Part shown: in pieces, positions 26,244 through 39,300 of the stretch
How the letters are laid out: every line of letters starts with the position of its first letter
How positions within the stretch are numbered: position 1 is the stretch's first letter
Assembly (NCBI GenBank): GCA_043228905.1
Contig: JBHGNT010000009.1
Coordinates: 2,914,001 to 2,978,000 of the forward strand
Length of the DNA stretch: 64,000 nt
Direction of reading: 5' to 3'
Origin: Azolla caroliniana
Lineage: Eukaryota; Plantae; Polypodiophyta
Translations under genes and position numbers: made by a program
The notes under the pieces: model-generated
Seen by the model: the letters and a program-made list of their open reading frames with translations, nothing else
The model's database searches: none
What the model was told of the DNA's origin: nothing

Positions 26244-28360
26244 TCTCGGCTTTCGCCCCCGAGGGTCTCGCGGTTCCGCTCATGGTTCGGTCTCACCGTC
26301 AGGAACTGGACCAAGTGACGCCCATCCTGGCTCTTGACCCTTGCATAGGCCGAGCCGTTGTCCAACACCTTGGTCTCCATTCGTGCTGCCGTGATGTACG
26401 GTTCTCCGAGTATAACCGGATGTGAGGACGTCTCCTGCACGAAGAAGTGTTGCTCAATCTCGACATCGCCGATCTTTACTCGTACGTTCGGGCAGGCTCC
26501 ATGCAGTTCCTCGGTGGCACGCGTTGCCGCCCGTATTTTCCACCCGTGCTTGGTGTTGATCGGCCATTTCCCCTTCTTATAGAAGTCCATGGACATCAAA
26601 TTGATTTCTGAACCGTGGTCTACCAACGCCACCACCGGTTCATGAACATCTCCGATCTTCACGGGGGTCTCCGTGGTCGCTCTAGCCCAGTGCGACCTCG
26701 AATAGTGGCTCTCCACCAACTCGTCTTCCAGCGCCATGTCCTCTATGTGCATCGTCCGCACCTCCACCGGCTTTTCCGATTCTGTCTCCGTCGACAGCCT
26801 CTTCCTCTTCACCAAGTCTACGATGGAGTCGTGGAACTCCTTCTTGGCGATCCCGAGCACTTCCCTCAGCGATAGCTCCACCTTGCTGTCGAGGATTCGT
26901 TCTTCCAGGACCTTTCGCAGGTCCGTGGATCTTTCGATTTCTGTGCCCAGCCGGTACCCGCCCTTCTTGGGATTATCCTAGGCGCCAGATGCACCGGCCT
27001 CATTCCGTCTTTGCCCGAATCGAGTTTCATATCGCTGCGAGGGCCCGGCCCCTCCGGTTTTCCCTATTCGCTTGTCCTCCACCAGAGCCTCGTAGTTTTG
27101 ACAAGCGGCTTCGACGAAGCTCGTCTTTTCTTCCACCGGGTCACTCCACCCGGTTACCTCCCGGACCCGTTTTTCCGCGCGGTCTACCTCTTCTTTCCTC
27201 AGTCGTGCGCCGGCGAGGCCTTCCAACATCGTCGGCCAGAACCCGGCTTTGTTCATCTTCGGGGCCTCGCCACCTCCGACTCGAATACCAGCTGACGCCG
27301 AGTAGTGGACGGTCTCCGCGTGACGAGCCGCCGCCTCCTTCATCAGCCTTTTCATACCCCCTTGCCCGACGTTCAGGTTCAGGGCCCTTCGAGTCTCGCT
27401 GGCGTGCATCTGACTGTTCCACAGGTACACCACGTTGCTTCTCATCGCCTCGGCGAAGTCCCCGCAGTCCTTCCAGATGTGCCCAACTGCGTCACACCAC
27501 ATGCACCTGTTTTCAGCCAGAGGTCGTCGGTCACGGGCCTGTTCGCCACCATCCCTCCGTGCCTGGGCGATCTGGAGATCCTTTACCATCCGCGTCAGCT
27601 CCTCCAGAGCCGCTCCCCCGGACGAGCCATTGACCATGCCGGTTGAAGCCGACCCGGTCTCGAGCCAATCTCGGGTCTCTTCCCTTCGCGTTGGTGGTGT
27701 TGGCTCGAGCTTCCTTGCTGCGACAGAGCCCGTCCCTGTCGATCCTTTGTCAGCCCATTCCCGCCGTTTGTCGAAACGGCCACAAACCCTTTTCACTACG
27801 GCCCAATCGGCCGTCAGCCCGTCATCAGCCTCCAATAGGAGGCCTACCTGCTCCCGATCCCGCTCGTCAACCGACTTAACAAACAATAGGACACGGCTTG
27901 TGTCCAGAACGGTCCGGTCAAGCATCGAGAGGCGCGCGAAGCGTTCCTCAAACTCCCGAAGGAGCATTGATGCGTTCCTTCCTTTGTCGAGGGTCTCCAC
28001 CCACTCCATGAAGTCCCGCTTCGAAAGTCGAAGCGCATCTTCAAGCCCGTATCTTTCGAGGAGCCGACCTTCGAACTCCTCCCAAGTTGGGCTCTCGGCC
28101 CGTACCTCGAGCACCTCCGTATGGATACCCGGCATCGCCACTCGAGGGAATCCGGCTAGACGCCTCTCTTTCGAAATGTCCCTCATTACCATCTCAGCCC
28201 GGTAGGACGCCAAGTAGCTCGTGGCATCCTTCCCACTAAACCGGCCGATCGTACCGACAACCGCTTCGATAGCCCTATCAAGGGTGTTGGTGCCTTCGCG
28301 AGCACTCACTATACGGTTCACAGCCGAAGCCATGGCTTCTGCGAGGTCCGATCCCCTCAT
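26234..28360 (-). pseudogene. gag: Gag-protease of element C with one premature TAG (26978-26980)
   Basis: ORFs 26978-28360 and 26234-26881 share a frame and align with D gag-pro; CMWCDAVGHIWKDC knuckle; ALVDHGSEINLM. Confidence 0.92.
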
Positions 28361-28381
28361 CTTCTACTCCTCTGCCGCCTG

Positions 28382-28399
28382 TTCACGTCGGGTTCACCA
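28382..28399 (-). promoter_or_regulatory. tRNA-Trp primer binding site, element C
   Basis: Same 18-mer as in D, again 4 nt from the LTR. Confidence 0.88.
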
Positions 28400-28403
28400 A
28401 AGA

Positions 28404-29091
28404 TGTCGCGTTGTTACGCGCGTGCATGGAGAACAAGGCGGGACCACTGGGGTCTTGGACCGAGGAATAGGTGGGGAAAAGAGAGAGAGGGAGAGAGAGA
28501 CACGCTCACACACAGATAGACAAAGAAGCACGCGGGAACGTAGCCCAATCAACACAAGAGACACAAGTTGGGCAGGAGATAGAGTATAAGAACGTGTATA
28601 TAAATATATTTATGCAAATGACTCAAACGGTTACAGCCGATTAGGTCGGCGAGACGGGTGTCGACGCCTGATCACCCACGCACACAGGAGAGCAAGATGG
28701 AGATCCTACCGGAAGCACACGGGCGTTCCACGGAGCAGAATCAGCCTCTCGAGAACCTGCGCAAAGAAAGCTTATGGAGAACGACAGTGGAGAAGAGCTC
28801 GGTCCAAGTCCGACAGCACTTCGTCCCCTCTAGCGCGCTTTCCCCTCTCTCCCCCCGTCTCCCTCTCCTTTATAGCTCAAGGAGGGAGGCCGTTTCACCT
28901 GTTTACATCACATTAATTCTCTGTCCTTTCGGGCAGAGATACTCCTCGATTTCCCTTATAGAATATTGCTACCTAGGATCTAACCTTTGTGCCTACCTAT
29001 CTACCATACGACAAGGGACGTGCCCACGTGTAAGGGCTGGTTCACACACATAACACACGGTTTGCGCTTGGGGACGGTTTTCTTCACGACA
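28404..29091 (-). repeat. 5' LTR of element C (688 bp)
   Basis: TG..CA ends, followed by TSD ACGT at 29092-29095. Confidence 0.95.
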
Positions 29092-29255
29092 ACGTACATT
29101 TAAGCGTCGGGCTTAACACATTTTCTCTTCTTCAAGGGTAGTGTTAACAATATTTTTCATCTTTTATTTCTTTTTAATGTTTCTCTTTTTACCACGTCTA
29201 CCCAACCCGTTTTAGCTAACTCCATGTCATTTTTAACTTCCTCTTTAACTTTTTA
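29092..29255 (-). mobile_element. Second LINE: ORF1 upstream part
   Basis: NIVNTTLEEEKMC*ARRLNVR continues into VTRLEEG beyond 15073 once element C and one TSD copy are removed. Confidence 0.7.
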
Positions 29256-29270
29256 GAGAGAGAGAGAGAG

Positions 29271-29486
29271 ATGCCCATATGGATGTAGCTTAGTTGGTAA
29301 GGTTGCCCAATGGAGACCATGTGGTCATGGGTTCAACCCCTACATTCCACAAAATGACATCTAGTGAATAAAGAGATGTGTATGAAGTATATAATAGAGA
29401 GGTGAGTAAATTTGTGTTTCAAGCCCACCACATAGTGGCTTGTAATATAACAACTTACCAATAGAGTAAGCTAATTACGATAGAAA
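29271..29486 (+). mobile_element. tRNA-derived SINE-like element
   Basis: A box TAGCTTAGTTGG (29286), B box GGTTCAACCC (29330), acceptor-like pairing GGATGTAG/CTACATTCC, no clean anticodon arm, (GA)n on both sides. Confidence 0.6.
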
Positions 29487-29519
29487 GAGAGAGAGAGAGA
29501 TTACAGTCTAAGGAACATA

Positions 29520-32140
29520 AACTATATTAAATGCAAAGATCATAAAGTTAATGTTGAGCTTGATACAAACATATGCTCCAAGGAGTGTGTTGATATATCA
29601 ACAAGCTTGTTACCTCAACGCACCTCTTCAAGTTCCAATTGTGTTGAACCGAGGAGCTTCATTTTCTTTTACTATCCCATGAGCTTGCCGAATCTAGCAA
29701 ATGTAGGTTGAGTATTAATAAAATATTCTCCAACCTTATCCACTCAAAGTACTTTGTTAAAAACGTTTGTCATTTCTGGATTGCTCAAAGTATGTCCCCA
29801 AATATGTTCCATCAAGTGTTGTTGGAAATTGTCTGAGTTTGCCCACTCAAAGCATTTTGGTACAATATTTTTAATTTGTGAATTGGTTTGGATATGCTAG
29901 ATATCTATGAATCTAGGCACAACCCACTATTGGATGTAGTTGCAATCCACCTCAATCTGCTTTATCTACATATGGAACATTGAGTTCCATGTCAATTGAT
30001 GCTACAAAGGTGCTACAATATAGTGGAAGGGAGCTATTGATTGAGATGTTGAAGTCTTTCAAGATCCATTTGAGACCTAGGGCTTCAAAAGTGGCATGCC
30101 CTTATAAGTTGTGTCTTTGCATGAAAGAGGCGCAATCATTTGTTTTTGCTACTATGAGATATGGCACCACTTTCCAATGAAAATGTGAATGTTAATAGGT
30201 GATATGTTGAGCTACTAAACCAATTGGCATATGTGTGGCCTTTTAATTAGAGTAGAACTCTTGCTTATAGAATATTTTGCGCTTCACAATGCCGCACAAA
30301 TATCATGTCACCCATTAATTAGAATTTAGTACAAGCTAAATGTCCATTATTTGGAGACCAACCCTTTAGATAAGGTCGTGACAGGTGATTCCTAGGTAGA
30401 TAAGGCCATTGATTACTTTTTGACATTGTATCAAATTGAGAATTATTATAGCTAGAGTCAGCTTGTATCTTCAAATTATACTTGAATAGGATCGTGGACA
30501 TCTTCGAATCCTTCATCTTGAATTTGAACAAGTTAAAGATGTAACTGTGTCAAGAAAGCAAAATCCAAAGATGTGTGCATATGATCTCAATGCCAAAGAG
30601 GTACTAAAGCTTATCCATATATTTCATTTAGAACTTGGCGGCAAGTAAAGGTTTTACTATCTCGATAGTAGCCACGTGTTATCCACCAATCACTAGGCCA
30701 TCAAATTACAAGAGGATGAATGTAGTAGTGTGAGGGTTAGCTTGTACGTAAAGAGAGTTTTTTTATTTGAACATAGAAAAGCTTATGCCATCCAAATAAG
30801 GTGTGATCTTTTAGAATTATACCCTCGATGCTTGCTTGAGATTTTGCCACCCCTTGTGGCAAGTGTCAATTCACATGATCGTCATCTTCGCCAAAAAAGA
30901 GAACATCTCATCATATTCAACGACACGCATTTGTGAATAACCCTTGGCAATAACCGGTGCTTTGCAACAATTGAGTAAACCCTCAAAGTATACTTTACCT
31001 TGTAGACCCATTGACAACCACTTGTGCGGTAGAGATGGGACAAGGTGCCATGTGTCATTGTCGTAGAGAACTTGCATCTCTTCATTCATTACTTTTACTT
31101 AAAGAGCATGATGGGCCACTTTGGTGAAGCTTTCTAGGTTAGGGACAATTGTTACTTTCATCTTGAAAGTGTAGTGTTGTATGCCATGTAGTTGTTGTAG
31201 TCAAACATAATGCCCCAATTCTTCTCACAAGTGAAATGGTGCGGTTTAGTTTGTGCCTTTGACAAGTCTCTCTTCACGTTGGGTGTCACCATGATAAGCA
31301 TATGAAAATCATCATTAATTGATGGAAGTGAGGTGGTAACGTTGATGGATCACACACACTTCCTCACTAAAACTCTTGTAATTGTCTTTATACTCGAGTA
31401 GCTTAGACTTGCCTTTGCAAGGCTCAATGACTCATCTAAGATGTTGATTAAAAAAAATAGGGTCTTTAACTTGATCGAGCAATGTTCAGCTTGCCTTGAT
31501 ATCAATACTAGCATTGGCACCATCTTTGAATGTCATGAATGTGACTGAATACTTGTCACAAGACAACTTATTCAAAGATAACAATACCCATATGTGGGTA
31601 AGTAGATTGAAGTGTTTGTAGCTCTTTTCTTCAAGTGAGTACTTGTCGAAAATGTATTTCTCCAACTTGAGTTTGAACTTTGTCTACACCTCATATAGAC
31701 ATGCACATACATCATGCATCCCAAAACCTTGGCAATGGAACAATCTACAATTTTTTATTGTATTGCTACAACTTTCTTAGATTGATGTGGCCAATTGTAC
31801 TTCTGCCACAACTCAATGAACATCTTTAGTTTTTTGGTTAACATCACAAACTTCACTAGTTACCTTTAAGAATGAACATATTGCCTTCTCTTGGTCTACA
31901 TATGGCCACCCAATCCCTTGTCATTGAGGTTTTCAATGAAGCAACCTCATTGGTTGAAGTGAACTTGCATCTCTTGTTCATTGATTTTTTCAACACAAAC
32001 TAAATTCTTCATTAATTTGAAAACACACAAGACATTCGTTATACATTTGCAATGGTCATCACCATGTCCATGCAAAACATCTTCAAATTCAAATGTAACC
32101 TAGAAAAATATCACTTGAATATATTTAGTGACTTCAAAGA
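29520..32140 (-). mobile_element. Heavily decayed Ty1/copia internal region
   Basis: Fragments MNEEMQVLYDNDTWHLVP, GCQWVYKVKY (RT start) and KQIEVDC (RNase H, ~29945-29965); many stops. Limits approximate. Confidence 0.75.
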
Positions 32141-33321
32141 TAAGAAAACAAGGAGTATTGTCTTAGATCCAAGGTTATATATGACATGGAATTGTCATAG
32201 CTCTTGCCCTATTAAGGGTTTTGGGTCAATATATAATGTGAAGACTCTTGAATTGGTGGTGATAGAAGTGAATACTTGAGACCTATCCTCAAGCAAATGA
32301 GACACACAAACCCAATCTAAAGTACCTAAGTGATTTTGTTCATAAGTGGGGAACTAAAATATTTCAATTTGTGATATGACTATACTACATGGAATGCATA
32401 CAGCTTGTATTAAAGCTTTCTCTAAGCAAGAGATTTAACATTTTTAAAAAAACACAACTTGTGGATCTCCCAAGTGAGCTCCTTAGTAACTACCAGATAT
32501 TTTGTAAAAGTACAAGTAATCATGTAAACCTAGTATTCATGAAATGAGGCCCGAAGATACCAATCTAAAAAACCTTTGAAATAAGCAAAGACCAACAAAG
32601 CCATAAGTGTTGTCAACTACTATCTAAATGAAGCAATGCCATCATGGGAGTTGTCCACCACAATAGGCTAAATTTGTTTACTTATTTAAATTCAATTTCT
32701 CATGTAGATGAATGAAATTCTTCTTTGGAGTTATGGATGTGGCATACACATCCAGATTACCAAACAAATGATGAGTTCTTAACAAAACAACCACAGATAT
32801 TTACTCAAAAGAAACTAGAAAAAAACGCAATAGATCCAGGGCCCTCTTTTTTTTTGGATTGCTAAAAGAAAGAAACAAAGAATAGAGTTATGCCATTTTC
32901 ATATGTAAGCCTTGGGCCAAAACAAGTACCACCACTCTTTCCTACTCTGACCAGACCAACCTAACAAAAAAAGGTCAGGAAGTTTGGCGGCAACACATAC
33001 ACCGTATGTTCTTATCTTTTCTTAGCATCAATGATCCGGCCCTTTATAAAAACAAGGGAAGGATGGCATTTCAAAAGAATATGGGGATATACAAGTTTTT
33101 TTCTCTCATCTTTTTTCTCTTTCATGACATAGTAAAACCAGAAGAAACTATACACTCAAAAAGGTTGAATCATCGTGCTCCATGTGTGAGAAGAATAGGA
33201 AAAAAAAGGAAGATCTGTAATCCCTGCCGTAAGAGCCCATGCGAACAACCCCTTTTTACTTCCTTAAATCCATAAAATGATATGATGAAAATATACAACC
33301 TCGGTCAGCATTAAGACCTTA

Positions 33322-36300
33322 CTAGGCAAGCAAGAGATGTTGAAGCAGGGGATCTGATCTCATCTGGCATGTCAAAATGAACATAAAGTATGTGAATTAA
33401 ATCCCCTGTTAACTATATATCATTCAGCCACAATTCCAAAGCTATTACTCTTATTATTATTATTATTATCAGTATGATGTTATAGAGTACATGGAAACAG
33501 CTAGACCTTACTCTGACAGCAGAAAGTTCTTGCACCACTTTGTCTTCGCTTGGCTGGAAAAAACAAATACTTATATAAAGAGAATTAATAAATAGATTAA
33601 AAAAACATCTTATCATCAAAGAGAAAATAAAACATCTAACCAAGCCCTCCCTTGTGAGGAGAAAAAAAGAAAATTTCCATATGACAAGCTTCGGTATAAT
33701 TAGAGGGAGAAACACAAAAATACCCATGATCTTCCAGATATTTACTAGAAATACCCCTCCCTTGTCTTGAAAACAATTACAAAATTACCCTGCGTTCTTT
33801 AAAATTTAAAGTTCAAAAACAGAGGGATATTCGGGCTATTTAGATAGGTGCAAATTAAATCCAAGATTTAAGTACTTGCTTTCTCTCCTAATTGGACAAA
33901 TTAAAGTTCCTCTTTGAAAGTGCCTTAAGTTTGTCATTAGGATGGAAAACCAGTTTTGGTTCAAGCATATAGAGGTGATTTTGAAAATAAGCAAGCGTAC
34001 TTTTGAAGTTTCTGATTCATATAAAAATTTATATTTAATAATTTTCACTTATTTATCAATCAGTCTAAAAGATACTCGCTCACCTCCGTTAGCAAGTCTT
34101 TTCTCGTGATTATCCCAACAACTTGAGAAGGTCGAGGCACAACAAGTGCATGCCTAAGACCAAGTTGCCGGAAAAGGTTGTAAACCTTGTAAAATTACAA
34201 AGATGTAGTCAGGAATTGATTGAGAATTCAGTGTAAAATTGCTGAGTTCAGCTTTTGTTACCTTTGTTAAGGACATATCTTCAGGCACAATATAAGGAGA
34301 GGGGTTGACAAATGGCTCTAGATCTAGATACATTTCCATCTCTTCAGGGGTTAAGCAAACATCTTCTACTGACAGACCTTTGCTTGAAACTGGTTTTACA
34401 AATTCAGTCACGTTGTGCCTGTGCCAAGAGATAGCTCAGCGAAAAAACAAACATATCCTAGTGGTTGTAAATGATTTACCAATACCAACAAAAATATTAC
34501 AGGTTGATTAAGACAAACCTAGATGAGATCTGTGTTTGGGTGTTGCCATGAGAATCATCCAGCTGAAAGTCTTTCTTAGATTGTAAAAGAACCAGCAAAT
34601 AACTGTCCATAAAAGAAATTTATCTAAAAGTTTATAAAATAGAAAAACATAGCATTGTAGAGATCAGTCTGAAACTTACTTCCGCAAAATCAGTCCAATT
34701 ACAACAGTTTCACCACTCTGTAGTTTATCAATCACCTATACAGTCACAATTGGTCAAGGAACAGCATTAGTTGAAAACCTTGTGTTCACTTTATAAAATA
34801 ATTTGCTATGGTCTAAAGCACAATGGAATTCTAAACCAGAGAGTAGAACTCACAGGAAACCCATGATGTTGATTGCTGCGAAGCACTGACAAGATATACC
34901 CAACCTTTGATATGCGGTCAAAGGTAACAACCTATTGCCAGTAAAAAGGCATCTTTGAATTATCATAACTGAGATGCAACTAATCTCAAGAAGTAGAGCA
35001 TATAAATGAGAAAATAAATTACCTTCTGCGATTGGCATGTTTCTTTCACTTGTGTTTTGCGCATGAAATGTTTTGGCCTTGATTCAAGTAGAGGGATACC
35101 TCTAAGGTGAGCTTGCTCTTCATAGAAACCTGCATTGAATATATCACCGACGGCCTGTCAACAAACAAACAACTGTTTTAGGTCTCACAAATCCTGATCC
35201 CGAAAACTTATAAAATTGGCAAAAAGCACATTTCTAAGACTTGCCTTTGAGATCAGAAGGACCAACATAATCAGGGGAAGTAGCTTCAAGTTATTGGTAA
35301 TTTCAACCATTATGACACAAAGAGACACCGTCATCCGCATAGAGCCACCAAGAAAAGAAGCAGCTCCAAGTAATGCATAACTGTTAAAGAGAAAATTTAC
35401 TAATTTGTATTTAGATGCATGCCAGATCAAGCATATGTAATAATTACAGATATAGCAATCCTTTAAAAGCATGACTAGCACAAATATCTTACGTTCCTTC
35501 GTCGATATTTAACTTTTTATAGACTTTAACCACAAACATTCCCACAAGTCGACCATATGTAGCCCCAATCATAATACCAGGCACAAACTGTCCGGATGGT
35601 ACAGCTGTGCCATATGTTATAACTGCAAGGGAAAAGAACATTGCCTGCAGAAAACCAATGCTAGAAGATTTCAGAAGGCTATATTTTATATGCAACTTCT
35701 ATGATCCCTGCATCGTGTATTGAGTATTCAGATAATCTTTCTTTGCTTACCAGATAAGTAAGAAGACTACTTGCACTATATTCATGAACCGTTTTTGTAC
35801 TGAAAAGATTCCGAATTGCATCATCCTAAAGAAGAAATGTGGTTTGCATCACGTTCACAGAATTGGCTTTTTATGCTTGGATACAGTTCCAGATATTATT
35901 AAATATGCAGAGAGAATTTTCCTGATGCTATTAAATAAGTATTTTACACACATTCCAGCCAAATTGTTGTTTAAATCTGACGTCAGACCCGTCATATTAA
36001 ACTACAATGAAGATAAATTCTTGAAGTTTCTAAAATTTCCAATGATGACTGCATGTAAGCTCAAGGTGCTGAAGGATTATTTCCTAAAAGATGTCATTTA
36101 TAAGAACATATATTATAAAAGAGAGCTCTGATTTACCTGTGTGTTAAAAAAGATTGTAGCAAGGTCATTGTATTCATTGTCTCTTGAACAATAGAACTAC
36201 AGATAATAACAGTACATAAGAAATGCTGAATTTGCATCAATATCAATCAATGTACATGGTGCCGAAACCCATAGTACTATATAACTTACATTTACATAGT

Positions 36301-39300
36301 TTCCATAGGTTCCTTCAGGTCGAGGACAGATTATGTCAGGATACTTTTCTGGATCTGGACATGGTGTGCATTTTGTTAATAGCGGCAAACCAAATGAAAG
36401 AATTGATGTCAGTAATGATACAAGGCATGCTTCTATAATCTGAAATATACACAGAGCATGTTAGTTACTGAAGTGTATAAATACAGAGAAAATATGTAAA
36501 AAAAATTATCAGTACTTTGACACGATCCCCTTTTTTGTGCAGTGTGTTTCGGCGCCATGAAGACAGGTATAAAGTAAGCTGATTGAAAAGTGCACCTGTA
36601 TTCAATAATTGTGTCAATGCTGATCAATATTCATATTTTTATTACATTGTCATATCATATCAAGATACAAGAAATAATGTAATGTGTACCTAAAAGTCCT
36701 CCAATTACTCCAAGCATCGCCATAGGTAAGAGCTCATAAAAGGAGTAGTCTTCTTGACCACTATAAATGCATCACAAGAAGATTCTGGATTTCAGAAAAT
36801 GTACTTCAAAATTGTACACCCTTCAATAATCTGAATGATTGAAGAGGTGAACTCCATGAAAGATTTTAGTTCATATCCAATATTTATTAGAGAATCTACC
36901 CAGATATATCCCAAATTATAAATCCACCAGATCCAAAATGTCCACACTTCCCACTTTTGCACCAGCCCATTGCTCCTCTCACAACAACAGCTACCACAGC
37001 AGAGGTGAAGAAGACCCTCCAAAGCAACTGACTTCTCCACCTACAAAATAAAGAATGATAATGGTCCAGAACATCATAATGGTCTCCTGAATGCCCAAAA
37101 TATCACCATGCCCAAATTACACCGAAACACGGTATGCAAATACATTTATGTGCAACTTTTATGCATAGTAAAAAAGATCCATAATCGAATCCCAAGTCCT
37201 AAGCTGGATCAACCATCATTAGACCGAAATGCTACATCAAGAGTTATGTCTTGGGTGAATTATCAGAATGCCAGTCCACTTCAAGAAATTCCCAAAACAT
37301 TGGGGCATTTAATTTGTAGGAGCATTTTTATACCTATATTTGTAGGAGCACACCTCAAACATTATTCCCCTCTCACCTACTTAAGTTTATTCTCACTAAG
37401 AACACTGCTAATTAATTTGCCATGGAACTTCCAGAAATCCTGAAATGTGTGGCATTATTTCTAAAAGTTGAGTGGCATAATTGGAAATTATGGCATAGTT
37501 GAGTGGCCCTCGATCCTTTCCCCTCTGTTCTTATCTAAATTCAAAATTTTGAGATTTTGGCTGCCATACATGAAATAATGTTTAACAAAAAACACATCTG
37601 TCTCTTCTATATACACAGAAAGAAGCAGTGCTAGCTCTAGCTGAAAATAGCATTAAGGTACATCATTGTATACTATCTAATATCTTTGTAAATCTTTAAT
37701 TTTCTCCTAATCCACACATAATCTTTAGATGGTTTAGGATTATAGCATGTTACACTATCTCATTTGAGTCCTCCTTCATAGGTTATAGTGAGTTGGTAAT
37801 ATAGCATGTTAAACTTGGCAATGAGGTAGTGCTCATTGTTAATATCTTTGAAATGCAAAAAATTCAATCGCTTGCAAGATTTCCTGGGCATACAGCTAGT
37901 GATTGATGTCATCAACAAGATATCATATTCACTTACCATGAAGTAACTTCTTCTAAAGCAAAGAGTACACCACCAACTGGTGCCCTAAAAGCTGCAGAGA
38001 CACCAGCAGCACATCCACAAGTCACCTATCAACAAAATATGAATGAACATAAAATGTTCTGAACTATAGGACCATATCACGGAAACATAAAAGGACAGCA
38101 ATGCATGCTATCACGCTCTCACCAAATCTCGTCGATCTCTGTCATTTTTGAAAACTCGCAACCATCTCCAATTCACATAATGCTTTGTAGATCCTCCCTA
38201 ATAGTTTAACACATGTCAGTATCATCCTCTAGTTGATACATTGTAAAGATATATTACAGAAATCTTTTCTGCCTACAGGGAGACCAAACGTTCTAACCTA
38301 ACATTCAAATATGTTAATTATGCTTGCATTGAAAAGCCCACAACAAAACAACCAGTTGATATAAACATAAGCTGAAATAAATGGAACGACGGTAGAGCAT
38401 CTTGTGATCTCCAAAAAAATTGTTGTGGCTGCAGGCAAAGCAGAAATAAAAACAGCAAAACCACCAAAGAGAAAACTACAACTTATCAAGAAGTGCACAT
38501 ATTCACCGGCATTCAAGATATTCCTTTTTCTTTTTCTTATTCTCATTCTTTTTCCCCTTCGCCTTCCTCTCCTCCCTCTAGACAATCTCGCCTCAATCCA
38601 ACCTATTTTGTGGATTCTTGCCAAGATCTTCAATAGAGTAATTGCAATGGTAAGTTCCCCCACTCCTTTGCTTCAGTTAAGGTGAGTCTCTCAACTGGAA
38701 TGATACTTACGAACCTATCATTATCTATCAATTCTGTACACTTTAGGATCTAAACAATTAAATCATGATTCACTACTGACAAGACAATTTCAGAAACTGC
38801 TAATTCTCCATTCATAAAACTTCTTGAATTGGAGAGATCTTATGAGCCCAAAGTTGAGCCTTAAACTCACATTCTTGGAAGGCTAGGGAAAAATGTGAAA
38901 ATAATCAGGTGCATGGTGCCTTATTGATGAGATGATAAAACAGGAAAATATCAAGAAAGGAACATGGACTTCCCAAAGCTATCTAAGGCATAAACATTTT
39001 GAAAGAGACTATCACTCTTGCCTTTTAGAATTCTACTGCTGATTTTTTACTTTATTTGTAAAGTTGATCACTTGTAGATACTTTTGGCTATCCCTTTGTT
39101 CTTGAATAACTCAAATAGCATTTAGACCTAATTCTAATATTTAGCAATATTTGTTTTCTGATGTTTTCGCTTGTTTTCTTGCACAGAATTCAACCAATAT
39201 ATTGCATATGGCAACTTCCAAGGAAAACTGCATACATGTAATCAACCAATGAATAAAAATGGTGCAAGTTTCCAAGGAAAATTGCTTACATACAAGTCAA

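Larger units (their letters stand above)
15074..29091 (-). mobile_element. Ty3/gypsy LTR retrotransposon 'C' (outer, defective), interrupted by element D
   Basis: LTRs 28404-29091 (5') and 15074-15738 (3') with TG..CA ends; TSD ACGT; PBS 28382-28399; PPT 15739-15755; domain order gag-PR-RT-RH-INT. Confidence 0.96.

Noticed and set aside
17145-28205. Many long plus-strand ORFs (up to 271 aa) antisense to gag/pol
   Set aside because: Expected from GC-rich coding DNA with few antisense stops; no recognisable motifs.
29280-29350. Functional tRNA gene
   Set aside because: D and anticodon arms do not pair convincingly and no T-run terminator follows; treated as a SINE head.
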